DNA of 64,000 nt, taken from the NCBI RefSeq assembly GCF_006345805.1, contig NC_043002.1, positions 76,880,001-76,944,000 of the forward strand. Direction: 5' to 3'. This document shows positions 48,583 to 60,470 of the stretch, one piece after another (the first letter of the stretch is position 1; every line of letters begins with the position of its first letter). The notes beneath the pieces are model-generated. The model had not been told where the DNA came from, did not search any database, and worked only from the letters and a program-made list of their open reading frames with translations. The position numbers were made by a program, and so were the translations under genes. The stretch is from Octopus sinensis. Taxonomy: Eukaryota.

Positions 48583-48825
48583 GATTTGTAGCTTATTTTT
48601 TTGTAGTTTTCCTATGTTTTTATTTCTATTTGCAATCAATAAAGTTCACATGTGCAGCATATTGATAAATTCAAGGTTGCATGTATAGCCTCTGCTACCA
48701 GTCCTACTTATATGCATACATATTCATATATGTATGTGTGTGTGTAAGTGTATCTATAACTATACATCTATCCATCAGTCATCTGTCTATTTATCTATCT
48801 ATCTTGCTATCATCTATCTATCTAT

Positions 48826-48874
<49 letters not shown>

Positions 48875-48911
48875 ATATATATATACATACATACATACAT
48901 ACATACATACA

Positions 48912-48944
<33 letters not shown>

Positions 48945-48957
48945 GTGTGTGTGTACC

Positions 48958-49150
48958 TGTGCCACGTAAAAAGCACTCAGTCCACTCTGCCAGGTGGTTG
49001 GTGTTAGGAAGAGCATCCAGCCATAAAACCCCTGCCAAAACAGACACAGAAGTCTAGTGCAGGCTCCTGCAAGGCCAGCTCCTGTCAAAAACTGCCCAAC
49101 CCATGCCAGCATGGAAAGAAAATGTTAAATAATGACGATGATGGTGATGA
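48958..49150 (+). mobile_element. Family B variant
   Basis: GCCACGTAAAAAGCACTCAGT...CCATGCCAGCATGGAAAG. Confidence 0.75.
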
Positions 49151-49177
49151 TACATACATACATACATGCATACATAC

Positions 49178-49582
49178 TCTTTTTTTTTTACTCTTTTTAC
49201 TTGTTTCAGTCATTTGACAGTGTCCATGCTGGAGCACCGCCTTTAGTCAAGCAAATCAACCCCAGGACTTATTCTTTCTAAGCCTAGTACTTATATTGGT
49301 CACTTTTGTTGAACTGCTAAGTTACAGGTTCATAAAAACACCAGCATCAGTTATCAAGTGATGTTGAGGGGACAAACACAGACACACAAACACACAAATA
49401 TATATACATATACATATATACGACAGACTTCTTTCAGTTTCCGTCTACTAGATCCACTCACAAGGCTTTGGTCGGCCCGAGGCTATAGTAGAAGACACTT
49501 GCCGAAGGTGCCATGCAGTGGGACTGAACCCAGAACCATGTGGTTGGTAAGTAAGCTACTTACTACACAGCCACTCCTGCAC
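49178..49582 (-). mobile_element. Full-length SINE family A
   Basis: Same architecture as the other A copies. Confidence 0.9.
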
Positions 49583-50449
49583 CTGTACATACATACATAC
49601 ACACTAACATTACATGTCATAAATGACATGATTTATTTTTAATTCCTTTCAATAATTCTAAATGTTTTGCTTCAAGTCTTGTACCAATTTCATGTATTTC
49701 ATTTTGTCTTTATTTCAGTTATTCTTTCTACTCCACCCTCTCTCATCTTCATCTCTCATGGTCCTACTCTTATGAGTTTCTATTTCTTCTCTTTTTCTGC
49801 CTTTCAATGTATATGGATATATTTCCTTCACTTTTTTTTTCTCCCAATCTAAATCAACCTGCACTTCTCTTCATTTCCTACCACTTTTCACACACACACA
49901 CACAAGGGCATGTACACATGCACACATCAAAGGACACACACACAAGGGTGCACACACAGATACACACACTCACACACACAGGTGGCTCCCATTCAGTTTC
50001 CACCCATCAATTTCCTGTAAGCATGGCCATAATTGCAGCAGAGTGCATCAACATTTTCAATATTGTCTTCACTTGGTGAACTCTGTGTAAATATAGAAAA
50101 TTTGAATTCTGCGTAGTTTGGACTGAAATTTAACATTGTTGTTGGAGATTTTATAGAATCTGAGAAATTTTGAATTTCTTTTATTTACTTTGAGTTGAAA
50201 CTGGTTCTAGCTATGTGTCTATAAATGCAACCAGCTGAGACGCACAATTGGGTCTCAGAAAAATATATTTTATACATACATATATATATCTTGAATTGTT
50301 TTTTTACTCAATCTAATTACTATAATGAGTTGTATCATATTGATCTAAATTTAATTAATATAATTAATAGAGCAATGTAGTAAGATTGCTGCTTTAAGAT
50401 GAATTCCTGTTGTAGATTTAGAAAGATTGAGTATGCATTATATATATGC

Positions 50450-50520
<71 letters not shown>

Positions 50521-50533
50521 ATATGTATGTATG

Positions 50534-50584
<51 letters not shown>

Positions 50585-50779
50585 ACATATATGTGTATAT
50601 ACAGACATATATATATATAGAGAGAGAGGGGGTGGGAGAGGCAGACAGAGAGAGAGGGGAGAGACAGAGATAGAGATAGAGAGAAAGGTACCATTTTCAT
50701 ATGGGTGATGAAGTCACAAGTTGCTATTTGTATTTGCACACAGACACCCACGCTTACACATCTGCATATGCTTTATGTG

Positions 50780-51075
50780 CAATGTCAATGTGCATGTAAT
50801 ACAAAGTGCAAATGGGTTGAAAGAAAATTGAGCGTAGGAGGAATCAGATGCAGTGCACAAGAGAGAAAATTGTGATGGAATGATCATGTGATGTAGATGG
50901 ATGACAACGGCTGCATAAAGAGATGCTGCTCACTAAATGCAGATGGAACTTGAGGAAGAGGGAGACCATGAATGCGTAGATTGGACCAGTGAAGAACAAT
51001 GTTGGGCCTCATGAAGGAAATGAAAAGGACGACTGGGGATATGCTGTGCTTGAGAAGACCTGTCCATCTTAGTTA
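50780..51075 (+). mobile_element. Decayed RTE LINE 3' end
   Basis: HVM*MDDNGCIKRCCSLNADGT*GRGRP and ...GDMLCLRRP resemble GHVMRM...GRGRP.KTW. Confidence 0.7.
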
Positions 51076-51309
51076 AAATGAAGTCTTAGAAGAAAATACC
51101 TCACTGCTTAGCACTCGGTGCAGCAATCAAATTAAGAAACTGCCATACATGGCCTCTGTAGCTGGATACTGAAACAGCTGTTCACTCATTTTCAACTATG
51201 TATGTTGTATATTTCAACTTTGCATAGGCTTATAATAAGTTGAACCATAGGCTGGTGTGTTACTTACTGTGTGACCTTGTCATTGTTAGAAAATTCGGAG
51301 AGGCAGAAG

Positions 51310-52370
51310 TTCAAAGGGTGCAGTCGACAATGCTCTCTCAAAGGAAACACCAATTTTGAGTGGATTTTCAGAGGACTATAACTGTTTGTGGTGGCTCTGT
51401 TAGAGATGTTCTCAGTTAAACAATCGTCCAGTCTCATTTGCTATGTTGACTACACCAAAGTATCTCAGGCAGTACAGAAGCTTGGGGATGCCTAACTATG
51501 GCATTGATACTGAAAACTAACAGCAAAACCTTAATTTTAATCTACACATGGACTGATGAAAATAAAATGCAACTTAATGCTGGAAAATTCAATGTCCTTT
51601 GCTATTAGCCTACAAATATATTCCAACCAGGATACACTGGACCTGAAGGGATTGCAATTCCAGTGTCATAATCAGTACATAACTTGGAAATAAATATAAG
51701 TAATGATGTATCTTTTCATTTACACCAAGATGGCAATGATATTTAAATGGATGGTGGAATGGACTCTGAGAACTTTCAGAGAGCAAGAAACTACATTGCT
51801 TTTGTGGAAGACATTTGTCCTCAACTGCCTGGACAATTGCTCATTATGGTCACTAAACAGTATTAAACTAAAAGCAGATCTTGAGGCAACCCAATGAGAC
51901 TTCATGAAGAAGATGCCTCAGTGTTACAGCTAAGCTACAAGGAGGGGCTGACAGTATTAAAACTACTCCTTTAAGAGAAGACAAAAATATATCCAGTGTC
52001 TTATACATAAAAGATCCTTGGAGAGTAGCAAACTGTGGTATAGAAAGCTATACCAATTCCCAAAAGTGTATTGTCTGGAATGTTCCATATTCCTCGCTTA
52101 AAATCAGGACTACGTATGGCAACATCCTTGGGTTGAAAGGCCCACAACTGTTCAATATCTTACCAAAGAAGTTGAGAAATTTACATGGAATAGATGCAAA
52201 TGCATTCAAGAAGCATATGAATACTCTGCTATTTGCGATTCCAGATTAATCAACATCATAACAAGAAATGCAACTGTTGGGAGTAGCATCAAACTTGCTC
52301 ATTCATCAAATGTTAAGCATTGTTGAAACAACATCACTTCCAAAGGTAGAGTTTCAGTATGGCCACAGCT
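51310..52370 (+). mobile_element. Decayed CR1/L2-like LINE, RT C-terminal half and 3' end
   Basis: YVDYTKV (compare FADDTK), WTLRTF...LWKTFVLNCLDNCSLWS, GPQLFNILPKKLRNLHG. Tail GTTTCAGTATGGCCACAGC. Confidence 0.8.
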
Positions 52371-52404
52371 CTTGAACAGGACCTCATAAAAGCATATATA
52401 ATTT

Positions 52405-52945
52405 ACTGCATAGCACCTTGAGCAAGTGTCTTCTACTATAGCATCAGGCTGAACCTTGTGAGTGGATGTGGTAGATGGAAACTGATAGCCCATCATATAT
52501 ATATATATATATATCTACCTTGTCAACTCACTCCCCCCTCTCCCTCTCCAATCCCCAGTCTACTTCACTATACGCACTACCTTATAACTTGGGTGTATGA
52601 CCCATTCCCTCTTCCTGTCACATCTTTATCATTTCTCTTTCTCTCTCTTTCTCTCTCTGTTTAAGCTAGCCATGTTTCTCTTCTGGTGCAAGACATCTTT
52701 CCTATTCCTCAATACTACTCTCCCCAGCTGAGGAATCTTATCCTATAAGTTACTTGGTGACCTCAATGCTGCTAATGCCACATAAAAAAGCACCCAGTAC
52801 ACTCTGTAAAGTGGTTGGCATTAGGAAGGGCATCCGGCCATAGGAACCATACAAAAAAACAGACAACAGAGCTTTGTGCAGTCTTCAGACTTGTCAGTTC
52901 CTATAAAACTGCCCTATCCATGCCAGCATGGAAAACAGATGTTAA

Positions 52946-52981
<36 letters not shown>

Positions 52982-53190
52982 GTGATGTGTGTGCCATTGG
53001 GTTTATGTTTGTACCCACTACGGCTTGACAGACAGCCTTGTAACTTAGTGGTTTGGTAAAAGGAATCAATAAAATAAGTACTAGGCTTGAAAAAAATATG
53101 TACTGGTGTCAATTCATTCAGCAAAACTCTTGCAAGGCGATGCTCCAGCATGGCCACAATCTCATGACTGAACGATAAAAGATAAAGATA
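52405..53190 (+). mobile_element. SINE family A with a family B element nested in its internal microsatellite (B at about 52745-52985)
   Basis: A core at 52415-52490, B 3' end with (GAT)n, then A tail GATGCTCCAGCATGGCCACAATCTCATGACTGAA. Confidence 0.7.
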
Positions 53191-53499
53191 ATATACTCAC
53201 ACACATAGACATAGGTACACAAACACATATATGTAACTATACATACATCTTCACCAAAAGTTTAACATTCAATTTTTCATGTTTGCATGGGTTAGATGAA
53301 ATTTGTTGAAGTGGATTTTCTACAGCCAGATGTCTTTCCTGTTACTTATCATCACCTGTTTCCAAATAAGGTAATATTTCCCCATAAACAGACATGCTCT
53401 CATGCAAGATTGGAAACAAAGAGCATCACATGCATGACAATAGCACTCATTTGACACTACATGGTGTCAAAGCAAGGACATAATAACATGTATATACAT

Positions 53500-53640
53500 G
53501 CACACTCATACACACAACAGATTTCTTTCAGTCTCTCTCTACCACATCCACTTACAAGGCTTTGTAGAAGCTGTAATAGAAGACACTTGCTCAAAGTGCC
53601 ATGCAGTGGGACTGAACCCAAAACATTGCTTGCACCTATA
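53500..53640 (-). mobile_element. SINE family A head fragment
   Basis: AATAGAAGACACTTGCTCAAAGTGCCATGCAGTGGGACTGAACCC. Confidence 0.75.
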
Positions 53641-53662
53641 TATATATACATACACACACATA

Positions 53663-54063
53663 ACAGGGAAAATTTTCGCTATTTCTCCACAAACTGGAAA
53701 AACGATGGACAACCTTAATCAAATTTTGAACCTTATTGGGTTCTCATCAGAGGCGTCCACATCACTTTGACAATCTACAGAGAAACAAGCAGCCAAACTG
53801 CTTATATACTCAACAAATGCAGCAGTTACTCTATAAAGGAGTCACTAATTTGCATACTGAAAGTGTTTAATACTATAAATACCAGTGACCTGTCAATGGG
53901 GATCTTAGCCCACACAGTATCAAGGTATGATATAATATATACATAACATATGGTATAATTATAAATAGGGCAAATTTTCGCCATTTCTCCGCAGACTGAA
54001 AAAGCAATGAATAACCTTAATCGATACACAAACCTTATTGGCTTCTCATCAGAGGTGTCTACA
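53663..54063 (-). mobile_element. Retrozyme/Penelope-like unit: two about 99-bp direct repeats 302 bp apart, each with a degenerate hammerhead
   Basis: Repeats 53663-53761 and 53965-54063. On the minus strand CTGATGA is at 53750-53744 and 54052-54046, each followed by a stem II, a mutated GAAA, AT(C/T)GAT-like stem III, TA, and a stem I partner AGGTT. Confidence 0.6.
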
Positions 54064-54174
54064 TATATGTACATATACATGCATATATATATATATATAC
54101 ACGTGTATATATATATACACACACATATCAATATATATGTGGATGTGTGTGCATGTATAAATATATAAATTCTT

Positions 54175-54547
54175 TTTCTTTTATTCTGTCACTTGTTTCA
54201 GTCATTTGACTGCGGCCATGCTGGAGCACTGCCTTTAGTTGAACAAATTGACCCCAGGACTTATTCTTTGTAAGCCTATACTTATTCTATCGGTCGCTTT
54301 TGCTAAACTGCTAAGCTACGGGGACATAAACACACCCACATTGGTTATCAAGTGATGGTGGCGGGGACAAACACAGACACACACACAAATATATACGACA
54401 GGCTTCTTTCAGTTTCCGTCTACCAAATCCACTCACAAGGCTTTGATCAGCATGAAGATATAGTAGAAGACACATGTCCAAGGTGTCACAGAGTGGGGAC
54501 TGACCAGAACCATGTGGTTGGAAAGCAGGTTCTTACCACACAGCCTG

Positions 54548-54550
<3 letters not shown>
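54175..54550 (-). mobile_element. Full-length SINE family A
   Basis: Same architecture as the other A copies. Confidence 0.88.
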
Positions 54551-54611
<61 letters not shown>

Positions 54612-54650
54612 GTATATATGTATTATATATATATATATGTATTATGTATA

Positions 54651-54731
<81 letters not shown>

Positions 54732-54924
54732 ATATATATATATATGTATATCTATATATATATATATATGTATATATGTATATATCTATATATTATATAT
54801 GTTATATATATAATATATATATAATATATGTATATATGTATATATATATATATGTATATTGTATATATATATATATATGTATATATGTAATATAATATAT
54901 ATATGTATATGTATATATATCCTA

Positions 54925-54975
<51 letters not shown>

Positions 54976-55004
54976 ATATATATTATGTATATGTATATAT
55001 ATAT

Positions 55005-55049
<45 letters not shown>

Positions 55050-55188
55050 ATATATTATATGTATATATATATATACATATGTATATATATATGTATATAT
55101 ATATATAATATGTTAATATTATATATATATGTATATATATATATGTATATATATATGTATATATAGATATATGTATAATATATATATG

Positions 55189-55268
<80 letters not shown>

Positions 55269-55315
55269 CATATATAACTGTACATGTGTGTGTGCATGCT
55301 ATATATATTATATAT

Positions 55316-55360
<45 letters not shown>
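54551..55360. repeat. About 810-bp interrupted (TA)n array
   Basis: Directly visible. It is the source of many spurious YIYI ORFs. Confidence 0.97.
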
Positions 55361-55362
<2 letters not shown>

Positions 55363-55943
55363 ACATGTAAACACACACCTATATGCATGTAGACATAGGC
55401 ATGGTTGTGTTTGCAGTTCTTAACTACATAATGTTTGGTTTACTTTCATAGTGTGGCACCTTAGGCAAATATCTTGTACCATTGTTTTGGGTTGGCCAGT
55501 AGCTTGTGATTGAAATTGATAGATGGAAATTGAAATGAACATGGTGCATGTGTGTGTGTGTATGTGTGTGTGTATGTGTGTGTGTGAAGGTTGTCATTTC
55601 TGTATCTCAATTGAGATAGTTCGTTCAAAAGAGAGCAGTGCCGTTGTGTTTACATTCTTGGTGAACATTATGTTATACAGCTTTGTGCTCTTGAAATAGT
55701 GGAATAAGAAATCCTTTGTACTATTCATAAAGATTGGTCACAGGAAAGGCATCTGTCCATGAAAATACTGCCTCAAATGAGTAACTCCCCAACCTATACC
55801 ACCATAAGGAAACAGATCTAAAGCACCTGTCTCTCTATCTATCAATATATGTGTGCATTCATTGCGGTCTGTATATATGTGTATGCATATATACATATGC
55901 ATACATATAAATATGTACAGATGCATATATATGTGTGTGTATG

Positions 55944-55992
<49 letters not shown>

Positions 55993-58334
55993 TTGTATCA
56001 AGGACCTATAATTCTTTAAGGGATGTTAGCATCATAGTTCTCTGGTTTATACCAGTCTTCAGGGAAAACTAAATATATTAGTTTTGCATTGATATGTGTA
56101 TATATATATATATATGTACACAAGCATACATACATATATATGTATATACATATGTACAGATGCATATATGCATATATTTGTGTATGTGAATATATGCATA
56201 TATACATATGCTTATATATACATATATACATATGCATATATGTATACATATATATATATACATATGCACATGCATATACATGTGTGAATTTATCTATGTG
56301 TATATATATGTGTGTGTGTGTGGTGTGTGTGTATATGAATGTGTGTGTGTGTATGTATGTGTGTCTATAACTAATTAGCTATCAATCGGTCTATTTATCT
56401 ATATAGTCAAAATTCAAAATTACAAACTTTTTTTTTTTCAGCAATCTTCATTTTTCTTGTAACTGTCTTCATCATTAACCACCTTCCTCCATGCATTCAA
56501 ATGGCAAATAAGGACCCTTATGATTGATAGTAGTTATGCTAATGACTTAATGACAGTTACCTGTTCACCTGTGATAGCCGTAACAACAGCCAGTGACAGC
56601 GACACAAATGATAATCATATTTACAACAACTACAACTACAAGGAGAATGATCCTAACATCTGCTACATTTACTTGAAAATGCTGTACTGCTACAACTGAT
56701 ACTAAAAGCCTACTACCACTGTTGCTACTACCACAGCTTACAACTATCTTAGCTGCTACTGCTATTATTACTACTGCTACTTGTTAGAGGCTTTCCTGTC
56801 ACTTGCACAGTGATGGCTGCTGCTTGCTCTAGTATTTGAAACAGGTTAAGGTACACATTTCTTTCCTCCTCATTTTTTCCACCGTGCTACAGGTCCTTCA
56901 CAGACAACACAGACTTGTCATGGCAGCGGCACTATAGTCACTGTCTTATCTCCAGCCTTCAACATCTTTCTTTACAGCACCCTTCCTCCTTCTTCTCCTC
57001 ATCTTCCTCTTTCGCTCTTACCTCTTCTCTCTCTTTCTTTGCCTCTCTCTCGCTCTGTGTCTTTCAGAAGCCTGATGCTGGCTGTATGGTTAATTAAACC
57101 AAGTCAATGATTAAACAGTAGGCCGCAGGCAAGCATGCACGTATGTTTCACTGTGTACTGACTAGGTTGGTGTATGTGAATACATGCTTCTGTTTCCCAA
57201 ATAACTCAGCATATGTGTGCACTCTACTCTACACCCCTTTAGCAGCAGCCACACCATCCTTGAGGAAAGGCCTGGCAGTTTTACCTTATCGCAGACAGGT
57301 AGAGGAAGCAACTATCAGCTATTGCAATAACAAACAAACAGCTACAAGTCATACAGTTTATCAAATCCAAATGCTAAACTTTATTCAAAAGAGCTGCACA
57401 AATAACAACATACAAAGGATATTGAAATATTAAAAATAGATAGATAGACAGATAGATAGATATATCTATTGTAAATTATTTAAGACCTAAGAAGAAAACT
57501 TTATTGTGCAGGAATATCTGTGTAGTTGCTTGTATGCATTAACATCCACAGATTAGTATTCTGGTCATCATATTTGAAATATACAATTTATCTTCAAGAA
57601 ATTTTCTAACTCACAAAGTGTAAATCAGGTAAGACATGTTTCAATGCTTTCCTCTCATCTTTTTTTTGTTATTTTTCCCTGTTTATTCTTTTTGTTTCTT
57701 TTATCTTTCACTCACTCACTCATTCACTCTTACTCTATCTCTTCTCCTACTTTCTTTCAGTATCTTTCCTCAACAGATACATCTATTCTTCTATCTCTGT
57801 TTATCAATTTCTCGATACACATGATAGATTCCTTGCTGCAATACCTAAGCTGTCTTTCCAAGTATGTTATTGTTGTATATAATAATAACTGAAAATTTTT
57901 AACAATCATTTTATTTCATTTCATTTCATTCATTTATTAGCAAATTGCATTGTTCCTGAATTCTTGTGAGAAAAAAAAGTAATCGTAAGAAAATCAAGCC
58001 TGGACAGACAAAATCAGCAGCTTTCTTCTTTGTGGTACTTTCTTGGTTATCTATCTGAAACAATGCCTTATTCTAGCCTTTCCTCTGTTTCTTTCTTATT
58101 TGTTTGTGACAATGTGTTAAGATTTAAATAGAAGAAGCAGATGGGATGGGAAGAAAGATATAAAAGACGGATAAAAAAAACAAGGACACTATTGATCACA
58201 TTATTGATTTATAGTTATTTTTTAATTTTATTTATGAAAAGGAAATTCAATATTTTCTACATAAAAACACCTATCTGCTTACAGCCACCCTCTTATATAA
58301 TCAGTTTTCATTTTGGAAAATTAAATGATGTTTA

Positions 58335-58520
58335 TGCATGTGTGTGTGTGTGTGTGTATGTGTGCATGTGTGTGTGTGCATATGTGTGCATGTGTGCGTG
58401 TGTACATGTGTGTGTGTGTGTACATATGTGTGCGTGTGTGCATGTGTTTTTGCGTTTGTACCTATGTGTGCATGTGTACATATGTGTGCGTGTATGCATA
58501 TGTGTGTGTGCATGCATATG
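58335..58520. repeat. Degenerate (TG)n microsatellite
   Basis: Directly visible. Confidence 0.9.
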
Positions 58521-59844
58521 AGAAGGAGAGAGAAAATAAATAAAAATGTGACTCGTAAATTTGTCATCTGATTCAGTCTGTCTTATCATCCATCAACAAT
58601 CAGTCTTTCCTCAATATTTGTCTTTTATTCTTCCCTTTTAACCTCTCTCTCTTTCTTTCTCTCTCAATCTCTCTACCTCTCCATATATCTCTCTTCTTTT
58701 TGCTTTTTCTATCAATGCCATCTGTGCAGTTGACTTTCTATACAAAAGTATATATTTTTATATTTGAATGCAATTTATTTGACATTATATGCAAGTTAAA
58801 AGTGCATCTGTGCAACAAATGCTATGTTGCATTCTGTAACTTGCATGCTGTTTTAAGCTCATCGCACCATGATATTACTTTAAAACAGCCAACCTTTATA
58901 GATTTAAACAATGCAATTTTCTTGACTGTGAATGTAGGCGTATGTAAGTATATATTCATGTATGGATCTAACACAGTCTATCTGTGCTTCTGGTTGAAAC
59001 CAAATGACTATTGACATGGTTAGCGGGTGTGGTCTTGGTCTATTTGTCTCAGTCATCTTCACACACTCTAACACTACCTTTCCTCGAAGACACGTCAATT
59101 ACAACACTGCAAAGCCATGTGTTTGTTCGGTAGCTTCTAGATGTTTTCTAATCAATAACTGCTGACTTTTAAATTCAATTTCATCTCATAGCCTAAAATG
59201 TTCTTATAAAATGAGCTGTTTTTAACAAGAAAATTTATTAATATTAAATAGCAACAGTGTCTTTTAAATGTAATTAATTAACCAATCAAAACTAGAGTGT
59301 TTAGAAGAGCAGCAGTCTCACCAAGTTATCATTTTAATTAACACCTACCCATCTACCTTTTCTTTTATATGCTTGTGTGTGTGAGATAATTTTTATTTCA
59401 TACCATATTTGTCACCATAACCAAAAAGTAAAGCGAGAGAGCAATGGATTGCCAAAATCTTCAGAGCATCTGATAATGTCGTGCAGTTATAACCCTCTGT
59501 GTTCTAAAATTAATTCTCTCTAAAATCAGCTTTGCTTTTCATACCTTTGTGTGTGTGTGTGTGCGTGGGTAGGTGGGTTTTGGGAGCAATGGAATAAAGT
59601 AATGGTCAAGTATTAAGGGTCATTTGAATTGATTTTACTTTCACCTAAAATTTATGGCCTTGCACCAAGTTTTCAAATCAATAATATGTTTAGCAGAAGG
59701 GAATTAGTAAAAATCAGTAGAATGACAGACAAAATGGTGATAGTTTGGCAGAATTGGTGGAATGATGGACAAGACAGTGGTAGACAAGCAGAACTGGTGG
59801 AGCAACAGACAAAATGATGGTGCATTGGCAGAATTAGTAAAATC

Positions 59845-60470
59845 ATCATTATCATCATCATCATTTAATGTCCGCTTTCCATGCTAGCCTGGGTTGGACG
59901 ATTTGACTGAGGACTGGTGAACCAGATGGCTGCACAAGACTCCAATCTGATCTGGCAGAATTTCTACAACTGGATGCTCTTCCTAACGCCAACCACTCCA
60001 AGAGTGTAGTGGATGCTTTTACGTTCCACCGGCACGAGGGCTAGTCAGGCAGTATTGGCAATGGCCATGCTCAAATGGTGCTTTTTATGTGCCACCTGCA
60101 CAGGAGCGAGTCCAGCAGCACTGGCTACGACCTCGTTCAAATGATTTTTCACGTGCCACCAGCACAAGTGCCAGTAAGGCGACGCAGGTAACGATCATGC
60201 TCAAATGGTGTTTTTTACGTGCCACCGGCCTCCGAGGCCAGCTTGTTGCTCTGGCAACGATCACGCTCGTATGGTACACTTAGTGCTCCACTAGCACAGA
60301 TGCCAGTCATCGAATTTGATTTCGATTTCGATTTATATTTCCCTTGCCTCAACAGGTCTTTGCAAGCAGAGTTTAGTGTCCAATGAAGGAAAGGTATGCA
60401 TAAGTGGGCTACTTATACCCCTGGCATAACCACAAGGTTATGGTCTCACTTGAGCTTGCTGAGTCTTCTC
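59845..60470 (-). mobile_element. Family B repeat extending into RTE LINE 3' sequence
   Basis: (CAT)n tail and modules, then CTTGCCTCAACAGGTCTT..CAAGCAGAGTTTAGTGTCC...GAGTCTTCTCAA, similar to the RTE end at 51045-51062. Confidence 0.8.

Noticed and set aside
54352-55392. Many long ORFs (YIYI..., up to 153 aa), and similar ones at 2.1, 19.0, 41.0, 50.4 and 58.3 kb
   Set aside because: These are translations of (TA)n, (CA)n and (GA)n microsatellites, not genes.
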